From: Gammaproteobacteria bacterium
Lineage (GTDB): Bacteria > Pseudomonadota > Gammaproteobacteria > CAKMZV01
NCBI GenBank assembly: GCA_965277775.1
Contig: OZ255843.1
Location: forward strand, 583,451-647,450
Direction of reading: 5' to 3'
Length of the DNA stretch: 64,000 nt
A program made the position numbers and the translations under genes. Shown in pieces: positions 29,040 to 38,968 of the stretch. The notes beneath the pieces were generated by a model that was not told the origin of the DNA, made no database searches, and saw nothing but the letters and a program-made list of their open reading frames with translations. Every line of letters begins with the position of its first letter. Positions within the stretch are counted from its first letter, which is position 1.

Positions 29040-30137
29040 TCAAGAAGGGTCTATTTTACCACGTCTAAAGAAGTCCTCACCCAAGACAAACCTTCGCCAG
29101 CCACTGCTGAGTTTTGAACGCTCTGGATCACAGATGAAATGATACAACACCTCTTTGCCCGCTATTTCAGAGCCCTTTAGGCCAATGGCTTGACCTTTGC
29201 TTTCTAAAACGCGTTGCAGTTGTTTGATTTGCGCCCGTTCGCTGTCGGTTGGTCTATCAAATGCTTTAGGCAAACACAGTTGCTCATGCGACATCTGCTC
29301 CGCTTCCTGCCAAGCCTGTTTGAGTGAGGATTTTTGAGCATTATCTAAATACCAGTAGTGTTTGATTGGTTCTGAGTTTGACGCTTGCGCAAAAAATATC
29401 AACGCTTTAGTTCGCAAAATGCGGGAAGGTGCTTGATTGAGCAGCTTGGCTTGTTGATCGCGCCAAATCGCCAAAACCTGTAATTTCAATTGCGTTCTGG
29501 GGGTGGCTTCATAGGATTCCCGAGAAAGCTTCCACCAAAGCTGTTCTTTGGGCGTTACCGTCATAAATTGGCGACAAACTTCTTGCATTTCCTCTGCAAC
29601 GGCTTGCAATGCTTCTGGCGACAAATGCTGCAAAACATATTGATATAAACGGGCTAACTGTTTGGCATCTTGCACGGCATAATTTATTTGCTCTGAGCTC
29701 AAAGGCCGAATACGCCAATCTGATTGCTGGTGTGCTTTGTCCATTTTGACCTGCAAACAAAGTTCGACCGCTTTGGAAAAGCCAATTTGCACGCCCTTCC
29801 CCAGCAATATCATGGCAACTTGCACATCAAATGAGCGGTCTGGCACACTGTCGGTTAGGTTTTGCCAAATTTCAAAATCTTGGCTGGGCGAAAAAAAGAC
29901 TAATTGCTGACACAGGGTTAGGTTTTGCAAAAATTCTGCAATGTGATCTTGAATGTCTTCTGCCAAAACATCCACCACAGCGGTCCATTCCAGCGTTGCA
30001 ATTTGGATCAAACACAGTTTTGAATAATAAGTACTGCGTCGGTGGAATTCAAAATCAACCGCCAACCACGATTGTTCTTGGCATAAAAGCAAGAGATCAT
30101 TTAATTCTGCTTCTGTGGTAATAATATTGTTTAACAA
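29040..30137 (-). CDS. rnd: Ribonuclease D (DEDDy 3'-5' exonuclease + HRDC).
   Basis: 365 aa. N-terminal exonuclease motifs (AVDFEF, YAVQDA). C-terminal helical HRDC-like region. Confidence 0.75.
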   Translation of the reverse strand: MLNNIITTEAELNDLLLLCQEQSWLAVDFEFHRRSTYYSKLCLIQIATLEWTAVVDVLAEDIQDHIAEFLQNLTLCQQLVFFSPSQDFEIWQNLTDSVPDRSFDVQVAMILLGKGVQIGFSKAVELCLQVKMDKAHQQSDWRIRPLSSEQINYAVQDAKQLARLYQYVLQHLSPEALQAVAEEMQEVCRQFMTVTPKEQLWWKLSRESYEATPRTQLKLQVLAIWRDQQAKLLNQAPSRILRTKALIFFAQASNSEPIKHYWYLDNAQKSSLKQAWQEAEQMSHEQLCLPKAFDRPTDSERAQIKQLQRVLESKGQAIGLKGSEIAGKEVLYHFICDPERSKLSSGWRRFVLGEDFFRRGKIDPS

Positions 30138-30178
30138 GGCGCATCCTCATTTTGGTTTTGGTAACAGCTCATAGTGAT

Positions 30179-30742
30179 TCAGTCCTCCAGTGACAGAGTT
30201 AGAATTTTATCGATGGTTCGTGCATTTCTTGCCGTGGTCGGGACCCCCAATGCTCGGTCGATTTTGGCGGCTAATTTTGACCGACCCATGCCATTGGGGG
30301 TATGAAGATAAAATTGCTTGTTCACTAAGGTAAATTGTTCACCTGATGTGGCTAAGGCTTGCAAAGGTTCAATCATGCTCGCCGTTAGTTCGGCCTCAGT
30401 AAAATAATAGTGCACGTCTTTAGCTGACTGATCCGCATAAGGATTGTTGATCATTGCTTGCCTCAGTTTTTCAATGGCCAATGTCATGATCAACACCTCA
30501 AACCCTGACCGTTCTAAGATCGTTTGTTTTAAACGCTGATTAAAACTTTCAATGGATGCCCCCGAATAATCAAATAGCACATTGCCCGATTGAATATAAG
30601 TTTTGATGTTTTTTGCACCACATTCACCTGCATAAGCTTTTAGATCCTGCATGGCTAATAGTCGATGGCCACCGACGTTTATACCGCGCAATAAGGCGAC
30701 ATAGCTGTATGCGTTCTTAGTTGGACTCATCGGCTTCGCCAT
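30179..30742 (-). CDS. DUF1697 family protein.
   Basis: MSPTKNAYSYVALLRGINVGG is the typical DUF1697 start. The track ORF extends to 30859. The inner Met (MAKPM...) at about 30742 is preferred. It overlaps the upstream gene by about 26 nt. Confidence 0.5.
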   Translation of the reverse strand: MAKPMSPTKNAYSYVALLRGINVGGHRLLAMQDLKAYAGECGAKNIKTYIQSGNVLFDYSGASIESFNQRLKQTILERSGFEVLIMTLAIEKLRQAMINNPYADQSAKDVHYYFTEAELTASMIEPLQALATSGEQFTLVNKQFYLHTPNGMGRSKLAAKIDRALGVPTTARNARTIDKILTLSLED

Positions 30743-31568
30743 GGTCTGTGTGAACGTCCTCAAAGTATCTTTCAAATTGATAAAAACTCGGGCATTGATC
30801 GAGGTATTCAAAAACACCTTGGTCGGCAATGCCTTGCGCCGCTTGAATAAACGCACCAAAAGCGGCGCGTGCCAATGATGAACCCACGCTGATTCGTTGC
30901 ACGCCCAACTGCCTTAGCGCTTGAACGGTATCGCCTTTAGAACATAGGGCACTGACGGGGCAATCCACTTCTCGCACCAAGGTCGCAAGCTCTGCTTGGT
31001 TTAATCCAGGTGCAAACAAAACATCCGCGCCCACTTCTTGAAAAGCCTGCAATCGTCGAATCGTATCTTTGAGGTCAACCCGACCTTGTAAGAAATTTTC
31101 TGACCGCGCTGTGAGCATAAATGGGAAAGGCAATTGGTTTTTTGCCTCTACCGCAGCTTGAATCCGTTCTACTGCCATATCAAAATCATAAATGGGGGAT
31201 GACTCATACCCAGTGGCATCTTCAATCGAAGCACCAACCAATCCGAGTTCTGCAGCAGATTGAATCGTGTGGTAAACGCCGCTTGGGTCATCGGCATAAC
31301 CATTTTCTAAATCGGCACTGATGGGCAGAGGCGTCGATTCGACAATGGCCAATGCATTTTTCAATACGGCTTCTTTGGAGACCTGTTGTCGCCCATCCAT
31401 TTGCCCCTCGGTAAAAGCAAATCCAGCACTGGTGGTTGCCAATGCTGAAAATCCCATTTGAGTTAAAATTTTAGCCGATCCTGCATGCCATGGATTGGGC
31501 ATAACAAAGGGCTTGGATTGCTTGTGTAGCGCACAAAATCGTTGCGCCTTCTGTAATTGTGATGCCAT
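30717..31568 (-). CDS. Isocitrate lyase/PEP mutase superfamily enzyme (2-methylisocitrate lyase / carboxyvinyl-carboxyphosphonate phosphorylmutase-like).
   Basis: 283 aa. VMPNPWHAGSAKILTQMGFSALATTSAGFA N-terminus typical of the ICL/PEPM barrel. Confidence 0.65.
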   Translation of the reverse strand: MASQLQKAQRFCALHKQSKPFVMPNPWHAGSAKILTQMGFSALATTSAGFAFTEGQMDGRQQVSKEAVLKNALAIVESTPLPISADLENGYADDPSGVYHTIQSAAELGLVGASIEDATGYESSPIYDFDMAVERIQAAVEAKNQLPFPFMLTARSENFLQGRVDLKDTIRRLQAFQEVGADVLFAPGLNQAELATLVREVDCPVSALCSKGDTVQALRQLGVQRISVGSSLARAAFGAFIQAAQGIADQGVFEYLDQCPSFYQFERYFEDVHTDHGEADESN

Positions 31569-31622
31569 GCGATTGATCAGCCCTTGTCGTATATTTTTTG
31601 ATTATGACGCATCTGTCAGACC

Positions 31623-32147
31623 CTAAGCACAATTTAAACCGTAAAAGGAAACCCCATGTGCGTTGGTCTCTATTTTTTCAAATCCAATCTGTCGTAATAA
31701 TTTAGAGGAAGCGACATTGTCGGCCTCTACCCCACCCACCAGCTGATTGACGGCGGTTGAGGTTTTGCACCATGCGATCAACCCGTTGAGTACTTCTCTA
31801 GCATAGCCTTTGCGCCAGTAGGATTGTCCCAGAAAATAGCCCAAATGAACGGTTTTATTGTCGCCTTCGTGCAAAAAAACACAACCCATGATTGTTGCAG
31901 AATCCCGCGATTGGATGATCAATAAATGTGATTCAAATCGCATTTTTTTCAACCACTGGCGTGCCTTGTCCATGGTGTTTATGTTATGAAAATACCCTGG
32001 CAATGGCTGCACCACCTCATCGGATAACAAACCTATGATTCTTTGCAAGAAGGCTTCTTCGCTCAAATCTTCAACCAATACTGCCGCCACACCTTGTAAT
32101 TTCAAGCGTTCGGTTGAAAAACCACAGGTGGCTAATGTCTCTAACAT
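31623..32147 (-). CDS. GNAT family N-acetyltransferase.
   Basis: 174 aa. Acetyl-CoA-binding motif Q/RxxGxG/A-like (YWRKGYAREVLNGLIAWC). Confidence 0.65.
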   Translation of the reverse strand: MLETLATCGFSTERLKLQGVAAVLVEDLSEEAFLQRIIGLLSDEVVQPLPGYFHNINTMDKARQWLKKMRFESHLLIIQSRDSATIMGCVFLHEGDNKTVHLGYFLGQSYWRKGYAREVLNGLIAWCKTSTAVNQLVGGVEADNVASSKLLRQIGFEKIETNAHGVSFYGLNCA

Positions 32148-32282
32148 CGCTTTATACTCATCTTTTTATCTTCATACTTGCACTCTATTGGATCGGAAAT
32201 TAGTTCGACTGAAAATTCGGGGCATAATAACACAGAACGCTCGCACAAAAAACATCTGATTTATGTGCCGTATAATACGCCC

Positions 32283-34034
32283 ATGGCAAGATTCTCACAA
32301 ACATTCATCGATCAACTCCTATCCAAAGTTGACATTATCGATCTGATCAATCAACGGGTCGCCTTGAAGAAACAAGGCAATAATTATGTAGCTTGTTGCC
32401 CATTTCACGCTGAAAAAACGCCTTCTTTTAGCGTCAATCAAAGCAAACAATTTTTCCACTGCTTTGGCTGTGGCGTCAGCGGCAGTGCCCTGAGTTTTTT
32501 AATGCAATACGATAACCTCAGTTTTCCAGAAGCCGTCGAATCATTGGCAGAAACACTCGGCGTCAGTCTGCCCCAAACCAGCCAGACTCAACAATACGAC
32601 ATTTCAGCCAACGAGGTTTTACAACGCTGTGCCCGATTTTATCAGCAACAATTGAGTCAGCATGATGGGGTCATACTTTATGCAGCCCAGCGCGGTTTAG
32701 ACGATCAGATTATGGCGCAGTTTCAATTGGGTTATGCGCCCGAGAAGTGGCAATCGATCGGTGAAGCTCTGGGTAAAGATGCCGCACTGCAAAAAGTGTT
32801 ATTCGACAGTGGCATGCTCATTAAGAGCGCCCAAGGCCATTACGATCGGTTTCGACACCGATTAATGTTTCCACTGCACAATCGTCGTGGCAAGGTCATC
32901 GGTTTTGGCGGACGCGTCATCAATAAGGAAGATCAGCCTAAATACTTAAACTCGCCTGAATCCCCATGGTTTCATAAAAGTAATGAGCTGTACGGCTTTT
33001 ATCAGCTATTACAAAACAACCGCAATCCACCCTGGATATTGGTGACAGAAGGTTATATGGATGTGCTAAGTTTGGTACAACACGGGGTCCATAACGTTGT
33101 TGCGACCATGGGCACCGCCTTAACGGCTGAACATTTAACCCAGCTATTTAGAGTCACAGAAAAAGTAATTTTGGCCTTTGATGGCGATGCCGCTGGCATT
33201 CAAGCCACTGACAAAGCGCTTAGCCACCTGCTACCGCTGTTGGAAGATGGGCATCAATTGGCTTTTTTCACTGTGCCCGAAGGCGATGACCCCGACTCGC
33301 TCATTCGCAATATTGGCGCACAAGCATTCAATCAAAAAATTGCCGAAGCGCGTTCGCTCACCGAATACTTTATTCACATAATTTCACGAACTTGTGACCC
33401 AGAGAATCCCGCAGACATCCCCAGAATTTTCAGCTTGGCGCGTCCCATTATTCAAGCCACAAAAGAGCTCAGCGCTTGGCGAATTGCCTTAATCGCCGCG
33501 CTGGCCAAAATGATTGGATTGGAGCGTCATCGTGTGGAAAAAAATCTTAATCTCAAGCAAGCCAAATCCTATGAGACTGAGCCACTACCTGAACAAACAC
33601 TGAATAAAACGAAAAATTTACAAGTCAGACAACTCATCCAATTGGTGCTACATTTTCCCAACATTGCCACCGAGTTGGTTAAACGCTTACCCGAAGCCAA
33701 TCATCTTCCAGGATTAAACATTTTGAGAACGCTTTGTCAGCAAGCCACAACAACAGACGACATATCGGGCGCAGCTTTGATAGAACATTGGCGCGAAGAC
33801 ACCGCAGTTTATCCGCATCTTGTTAATCTATTCAATCAGCCTTGCTATTTAACAGAACAACAAGCCGCGCTCGAAGAGGCTTCAGGTTTGGTATTGCTCA
33901 TTGAAAAAGCCCTAAACAATGCCGAATTGGAAAGATTGAAGCAAATGGTGGACCAAAAAGGGCTGTACAGCTTATCGGAGGCTGAGAAAACCCGTTACTT
34001 GGAACTTTCGCACAAAGGTCGCCGTATTCGTTAA
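32283..34034 (+). CDS. dnaG: DNA primase.
   Basis: Zinc-ribbon CCPFHAEKTPSFSV...CFGCG. TOPRIM core (EGYMDV, AFDGDAAG). The track ORF starts at 32178. The Met at about 32283 (MARFSQTFIDQLL) matches the canonical DnaG N-terminus. No rpsU upstream. Confidence 0.9.
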   Translation: MARFSQTFIDQLLSKVDIIDLINQRVALKKQGNNYVACCPFHAEKTPSFSVNQSKQFFHCFGCGVSGSALSFLMQYDNLSFPEAVESLAETLGVSLPQTSQTQQYDISANEVLQRCARFYQQQLSQHDGVILYAAQRGLDDQIMAQFQLGYAPEKWQSIGEALGKDAALQKVLFDSGMLIKSAQGHYDRFRHRLMFPLHNRRGKVIGFGGRVINKEDQPKYLNSPESPWFHKSNELYGFYQLLQNNRNPPWILVTEGYMDVLSLVQHGVHNVVATMGTALTAEHLTQLFRVTEKVILAFDGDAAGIQATDKALSHLLPLLEDGHQLAFFTVPEGDDPDSLIRNIGAQAFNQKIAEARSLTEYFIHIISRTCDPENPADIPRIFSLARPIIQATKELSAWRIALIAALAKMIGLERHRVEKNLNLKQAKSYETEPLPEQTLNKTKNLQVRQLIQLVLHFPNIATELVKRLPEANHLPGLNILRTLCQQATTTDDISGAALIEHWREDTAVYPHLVNLFNQPCYLTEQQAALEEASGLVLLIEKALNNAELERLKQMVDQKGLYSLSEAEKTRYLELSHKGRRIR

Positions 34035-34064
34035 GGATGCTTCCTAACTGAGGAAGTGGCAAAG

Positions 34065-34949
34065 CTATCCGGTGTGTTTATGAATCACCCTTGAATCCTG
34101 TCCGCCTTCCCCAAGCGCAACCATTTGTTGCAGCTTTTCTAAGCCCAGCTCCGTACCTTGTAACGATAAGTTGAGGCGCGCCATTTCTTTGGCGACAATG
34201 TTTAAATCCTTCAGGTGCAGTTGACTCATAAAACCGGCTGAATAATCCCCTGCCATCATCTTAGGCGCATGAAACTCCAAAGCTCGGCAAGCGGCCATTC
34301 CACCTGACAATGCTTGTCTAACCGCTTCCACATCCACTTCGCTTTTTTCAGCAAAGCGCAGCGCCTCAGCCACACCATTGATGATTTGCACCACCAGCAT
34401 TTGATTACACGCCTTTGCCACCTGTCCAGCGCCCGTCGATCCAATATGGGTGATGGTTTTCCCCATACATTCAAATAAGGGACGCGCACGTTCCAAATCT
34501 GATTCAGAACCGCCGACCATGATAGATAATATGCCTTCAACCGCGCCAATTTCTCCGCCTGAAACCGGCGCATCGAGCATTGTGATGCCCTGCAGCTTGA
34601 GACGCTCGGAAAACTGACGCGTCTCGTGCGGACTGATGGTGCTCATATCAATCACCAGACTACCCGAACGCATGGATTGTGCCGCACCATTATCAGAAAA
34701 CAGCACCTCTGCCACATCGGGGGTATCCGACACAATGGTAATGAGCACATCGGCTTGTAAGCCGACCTTTAGCGGGCTGTCAAGCAATTCACCTCCCGCA
34801 TCAACAAAGCTCTGACAGCGTTTGGGGCGACGCGCATAACCCGTCACCTCATAGCCCTTGTTCAAAAGATTCTTTGCCATGGGTAAGCCCATAATGCCTA
34901 GACCAATAAAACCAATTTTTGGTTGTCGATTATCTGCTTGTTGGGACAT
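34065..34949 (-). CDS. NAD(P)-dependent 3-hydroxyisobutyrate dehydrogenase family oxidoreductase (tartronate semialdehyde reductase-like).
   Basis: 294 aa. N-terminal IGFIGLGIMGLPMAKNL Rossmann motif and the catalytic Lys region of the HIBADH family. Confidence 0.7.
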   Translation of the reverse strand: MSQQADNRQPKIGFIGLGIMGLPMAKNLLNKGYEVTGYARRPKRCQSFVDAGGELLDSPLKVGLQADVLITIVSDTPDVAEVLFSDNGAAQSMRSGSLVIDMSTISPHETRQFSERLKLQGITMLDAPVSGGEIGAVEGILSIMVGGSESDLERARPLFECMGKTITHIGSTGAGQVAKACNQMLVVQIINGVAEALRFAEKSEVDVEAVRQALSGGMAACRALEFHAPKMMAGDYSAGFMSQLHLKDLNIVAKEMARLNLSLQGTELGLEKLQQMVALGEGGQDSRVIHKHTG

Positions 34950-35022
34950 AAAATATGCTCCTAAGTGTCTGTGATTTTGAGAGCAGACCCAAATAAAGCA
35001 AAATCACTTTATTGTTTTTGCT

Positions 35023-35703
35023 CTATTTTTCGTTTGAACTGCTAGGCATATCCTCTACAGCATGTGGTCCATCTACGGCGACCAACAACTTGGTAAATTT
35101 TTCTTTATTATCATTATTGGCTGTTTCAAAGACAGCACACTTTGACCATCCATCGCCGAATATCTTTCTGTTCATCCACTGATCTCTGGCCTCAATTAGA
35201 TGTCGCGTCTCCTCAGTCTGTGTTTCTTTGTCAACGTTGGTGTACCAAACTGAAGCCAGTAGAACCTTATAGACAAATTTACAATGACTCTTTGATATAA
35301 TCCATGTATTACTATTCATATTTTGCAATCTTTTTGCATCTTTTAAAATGGCATTGTGAGCCATTATAGAATTTAATTTACCATTCCTGGCATTACCCCG
35401 TTTAATTTTCTTGGCTTCAACGATCAATATTGATGAGTTTTTGTCTTTGTCTGTTAATTTGATGGCTGCGTCCAATCTTTCTTTACTATCTTCGTAAATC
35501 CGCATTTCAGTCCAAGCGGAAACATTATCAAAACCATTATTTCGTCTCACTGCTTCAATGAAATGACTGACAAAGTTATATTCGTGAATGCCATCGTCTG
35601 AATACTTTGGTAGATAGTCCTCACGCATTTGGTTATGAATTTTCAGTGCCATCGTGCAAGCATCCTTAACCAGCTCAACAATACTATCATTTTCTTTAGT
35701 CAT
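35023..35703 (-). CDS. AT-rich orphan gene, possible PD-(D/E)xK nuclease-fold protein.
   Basis: 226 aa. Candidate motifs: E in helix (IHEYNFVSHFIEAV), then ...AAIKLTD-KDKNSS-ILIVEAKKIK (D ... ExK spacing). Strong SD (GGGAG). No recognised family. Low-GC codon usage relative to neighbours. Confidence 0.35.
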   Translation of the reverse strand: MTKENDSIVELVKDACTMALKIHNQMREDYLPKYSDDGIHEYNFVSHFIEAVRRNNGFDNVSAWTEMRIYEDSKERLDAAIKLTDKDKNSSILIVEAKKIKRGNARNGKLNSIMAHNAILKDAKRLQNMNSNTWIISKSHCKFVYKVLLASVWYTNVDKETQTEETRHLIEARDQWMNRKIFGDGWSKCAVFETANNDNKEKFTKLLVAVDGPHAVEDMPSSSNEK

Positions 35704-35751
35704 CTTATGATCTCCCTTGTTTGTTAATTATTAATTGCGAAAATCTAAGTC

Positions 35752-35781
35752 AAAAAAAACCCGCAAATGCGGGTTTTTTTT
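35752..35781. terminator. Bidirectional rho-independent terminator: AAAAAAAA-CCCGC-aaat-GCGGG-TTTTTTTT.
   Basis: GC stem flanked by an A-tract and a U-tract, immediately downstream of the pal-like gene (minus strand) and upstream of the orphan gene. Confidence 0.7.
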
Positions 35782-35809
35782 GAATGTAAAAACAATTTAC
35801 AACCAAACT

Positions 35810-36373
35810 CTAATCGGAGTACTTAAACTGAGCTCTGCGATTTTGTGACCAGCAACTTTCATCGTGGCAAGTGGCAATTGGTTCCAATTCGCCGTAACTG
35901 ACCACACTCAAGCGAGAGGGGTCAATGCCTTGATTGATGATCAAAAAGTCAAAAGCTTGGTTAGCACGACGTTCACCCAAAGACAAGTTGTATTCGCTGC
36001 TGCCTCTTTCATCACAATGTCCTTGGATTTCAGCTTTAACACTTGGGTTATTGCGCAAGAATTCAGCGTGTGATTCTAATACGGCTCTGGCATCATCATC
36101 TAATTCAGCAGAATTGAAGGCAAACTTAGAATTGAGATTACTCATTTTTTCAAGTTCTGCAACATAAGCCAATCGCTCTTCTTCTGTTTCAAAGCGACTG
36201 TCTGAAGATAATTTCAACACATCATCTAAGCTAACGCTGCTTGCAGAGCCAGATGCAGAATCGCCGCCGCTCACTGAAGTCGCAGCATCATCGGTTTCGG
36301 TTTCTTTGACATTATCGCCACAAGCAACAACACTCAATAATAAGAATATGCTTAATAATAATTTTAAATTCAT
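35810..36373 (-). CDS. OmpA-family peptidoglycan-associated lipoprotein (Pal-like).
   Basis: Lipobox LSVVAC. Asp/Ser-rich linker. C-terminal OmpA domain (NLSLGERRANQAFDFL...RRAQF). Confidence 0.7.
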   Translation of the reverse strand: MNLKLLLSIFLLLSVVACGDNVKETETDDAATSVSGGDSASGSASSVSLDDVLKLSSDSRFETEEERLAYVAELEKMSNLNSKFAFNSAELDDDARAVLESHAEFLRNNPSVKAEIQGHCDERGSSEYNLSLGERRANQAFDFLIINQGIDPSRLSVVSYGELEPIATCHDESCWSQNRRAQFKYSD

Positions 36374-36504
36374 GGTTATCTCGTTTGTATAAAAGTTAAT
36401 AAAATAATGGTTTAGTTATATTTTAACAACAAATCGCCACCCTGTTGTTTTAACACCACAGCTATTCTATCAAATAAAACGCACAAAATACAAATAAAAC
36501 GCAT

Positions 36505-37146
36505 TTAAAAGACAAATTTAGTTCTTTTTGTGGGTTTTTTAAGGGGTTGAACATCTGTTTCAAACAATGTTTGTTTGACAAATTCCTTTTGATTTCGTTT
36601 AACCAAAACCGCCTTAACCAATGATCCTTCTTGCTCAAACACAAATAATCTGCCTTGGTCTTTCAAGCTTTTGAGCCACTGTTCTGGACATATTTCGGTT
36701 GAGCCAGAAGCCACAATCACGTCAAATTCTCCTTTTATTTGTTCTGAGAACCCGCAACCCAACTTTAACTGGACATTTTTGCACTTGCCTAAGTTTAACT
36801 CTGCCATTTGATGGATTTTTTCAGAAATTTCAAAGGCCACCACTTTTTTGGCCAATAAAGCAATCAAAGCCACAAGATAGCCACTGCCTGCGCCAATGAC
36901 CAATGCCCTGTCGGTGTCCTTTATTTGCAAACTTTGAACAATGTGGGCTTCAACCTTTGGCGTCAACATACATTCGCCTTCCGCCAAAGGCAAGCAGACA
37001 TCAGCAAACGCCATCTCTTGCTGATCGGCGCTGACAAACTGTTCCCTTGGCAATTCAAACAACAAATCTAAGGTTCTTTGGTCCAACACATTCCATGTGC
37101 GAATTTGTTGTTGAATCATGTTGGCGCGTGCTTTTTCAAAATCCAT
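36505..37146 (-). CDS. pcm: Protein-L-isoaspartate O-methyltransferase family protein.
   Basis: 213 aa. SAM motif I VIGAGSGYLVALIALLA and overall collinearity with PCMT. Confidence 0.6.
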   Translation of the reverse strand: MDFEKARANMIQQQIRTWNVLDQRTLDLLFELPREQFVSADQQEMAFADVCLPLAEGECMLTPKVEAHIVQSLQIKDTDRALVIGAGSGYLVALIALLAKKVVAFEISEKIHQMAELNLGKCKNVQLKLGCGFSEQIKGEFDVIVASGSTEICPEQWLKSLKDQGRLFVFEQEGSLVKAVLVKRNQKEFVKQTLFETDVQPLKKPTKRTKFVF

Positions 37147-37384
37147 AATTAAACCGTTTTTGATGAAGTGTTTGAACGCCTATTATACTGTGCAACTGTG
37201 CCAAACTAAAAGACTTGGTTGATAATTCCTTCAACTCAAAACGCAGAATGGACTTTATGGTGTCAAAACTGCGCCATCAATTCAAGGATTCGGTTTGTGA
37301 TAAACCCCGTTTTAAATGCTTTGCGAGTAAAATAGTGATTTTTATAATTCAAATTCTAATAATAGATTTTCATAATAAATCAAA

Positions 37385-38968
37385 GTGGCCATCCTAACGT
37401 TCTTTCGCATTCTACACGTCCTACTCCGCTATGGATTAGACGAATTTATTCACCCATACCCCGTGTGGAGTAAGGTGCGATTGCTACTGTTTTTAATGCC
37501 CAGCTATTGGTTTAGAAACCAACATCAAACCTTACCTCGGGGTGAACGATGCCGCTTGGCATTAATAGAATTGGGCACCATATTCGTCAAATTAGGACAA
37601 GCTTTATCGGGCCGATTAGACTTAGTGCCTGATGACATTACCCAGTCACTGAGTCAATTGCAAGACGACTGCCCAGCTTTTCCCAGCGCCGACGCCTACA
37701 GAATCATTGAGCAGCAACAAGGCCGACCTGTCAGCCAATGCTTCAAGACCTTTAACGATGAGCCACTGGCGTCTGCCTCCATCGCGCAAGTACACGAAGC
37801 CACCTTGAAAACTGGCGAATCCGTCATTGTTAAAATCGTTCGCCCTGACATAGAGACACGCATTGAGCAAAGTGTATATGTCATGCGAAAACTGGCCACC
37901 ATTTTAGAATACCTATTGCCACGCTCCAATCAATTTCGACCCATGGAAGTGGTCGAGGAGTTTGCCCGTACTTTAAACCATGAAACGGACATGATGCGAG
38001 AAGCTGCCAATGCCAGCGTCATCCGCAAAAATTTTCTGGACGACCCCACCATGTACGTGGTAAAAGTTTATTGGAAACTGACCGCCCCCAAAATGATGGT
38101 GATGGAGCGCATCGATGGCATTCCCATCAAAAACATCAAAGCCATTGAGGCGGCAGGCATTGATCGTAAAACATTAGCAGAAAATGGCGTGTTGATCTTT
38201 TTCAAACAAGTGTTCAGAGACAATCTATTTCATGCCGACATGCACCCTGGTAATGTTTTTGTCAGTCTTGATGGTGTCTATAAAGCCGTTGACTTCGGCA
38301 TTGTTGGCTCACTCTCTGATGATGACAAGCGCTATCTTGCTGAAAATTTTATCGCCTTCTTTAATCAAGACTACCGCCGAATTGCCCAATTACACATTGA
38401 TTCTGGTTGGGTCAATCCCAATACCCGTTGCGAAGATTTAGAAGCGGCGGTACGGAGTATTTGTGAGCCCATCATGGGACTGCCCTTGAGTCAAATTTCT
38501 TATGGTAAATTTTTGCTGCAACTGTTTCGGGTGGCGCAAGGATTCGATATGACTGTGCAACCACAACTGATTTTGTTGCAAAAAACACTGTTCAACATTG
38601 AAGGTTTGGGACGCCAACTCTACCCTGATTTGGATTTATGGGTCACAGCCAAACCCTTCTTAGAGGGCTGGTTGAGAACCCATTTCAGCCCCCGCACCTT
38701 AATAAAAGATCTTCGCATTCACTGGCCCGCAATCAGACAAGAATTACCCACGGCCATTCGCAACCATCTCACTCAACAAAAGCACGCCACCGCACCACCC
38801 CCACCCATACAAAAATCAGCGTTGCTGCCTGTGGGCTTATTGATTGCAGGCATACTTAGCCTAACGCACGATAATGGCCAAATAACGCCCCTGCTGCTCG
38901 GCCAATTACCACTATCCAGTGCACTGCTCCTACTCGCGTCGGCGTGGCAATTTTGGAAAATAAAATGA
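37385..38968 (+). CDS. ubiB: Ubiquinone biosynthesis regulatory protein kinase UbiB (ABC1/ADCK family).
   Basis: 527 aa. LGTIFVKLGQ...ASIAQVH...FHADMHPGN motifs collinear with E. coli UbiB. C-terminal TM helices. Confidence 0.85.
   Translation: MAILTFFRILHVLLRYGLDEFIHPYPVWSKVRLLLFLMPSYWFRNQHQTLPRGERCRLALIELGTIFVKLGQALSGRLDLVPDDITQSLSQLQDDCPAFPSADAYRIIEQQQGRPVSQCFKTFNDEPLASASIAQVHEATLKTGESVIVKIVRPDIETRIEQSVYVMRKLATILEYLLPRSNQFRPMEVVEEFARTLNHETDMMREAANASVIRKNFLDDPTMYVVKVYWKLTAPKMMVMERIDGIPIKNIKAIEAAGIDRKTLAENGVLIFFKQVFRDNLFHADMHPGNVFVSLDGVYKAVDFGIVGSLSDDDKRYLAENFIAFFNQDYRRIAQLHIDSGWVNPNTRCEDLEAAVRSICEPIMGLPLSQISYGKFLLQLFRVAQGFDMTVQPQLILLQKTLFNIEGLGRQLYPDLDLWVTAKPFLEGWLRTHFSPRTLIKDLRIHWPAIRQELPTAIRNHLTQQKHATAPPPPIQKSALLPVGLLIAGILSLTHDNGQITPLLLGQLPLSSALLLLASAWQFWKIK

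Noticed and set aside
32148-32282. Expected rpsU upstream of dnaG
   Set aside because: The 135-nt gap is too short for a 71-aa S21 gene and the upstream gene is a divergent GNAT. rpsU must be elsewhere. Not a feature, only an absence noted.
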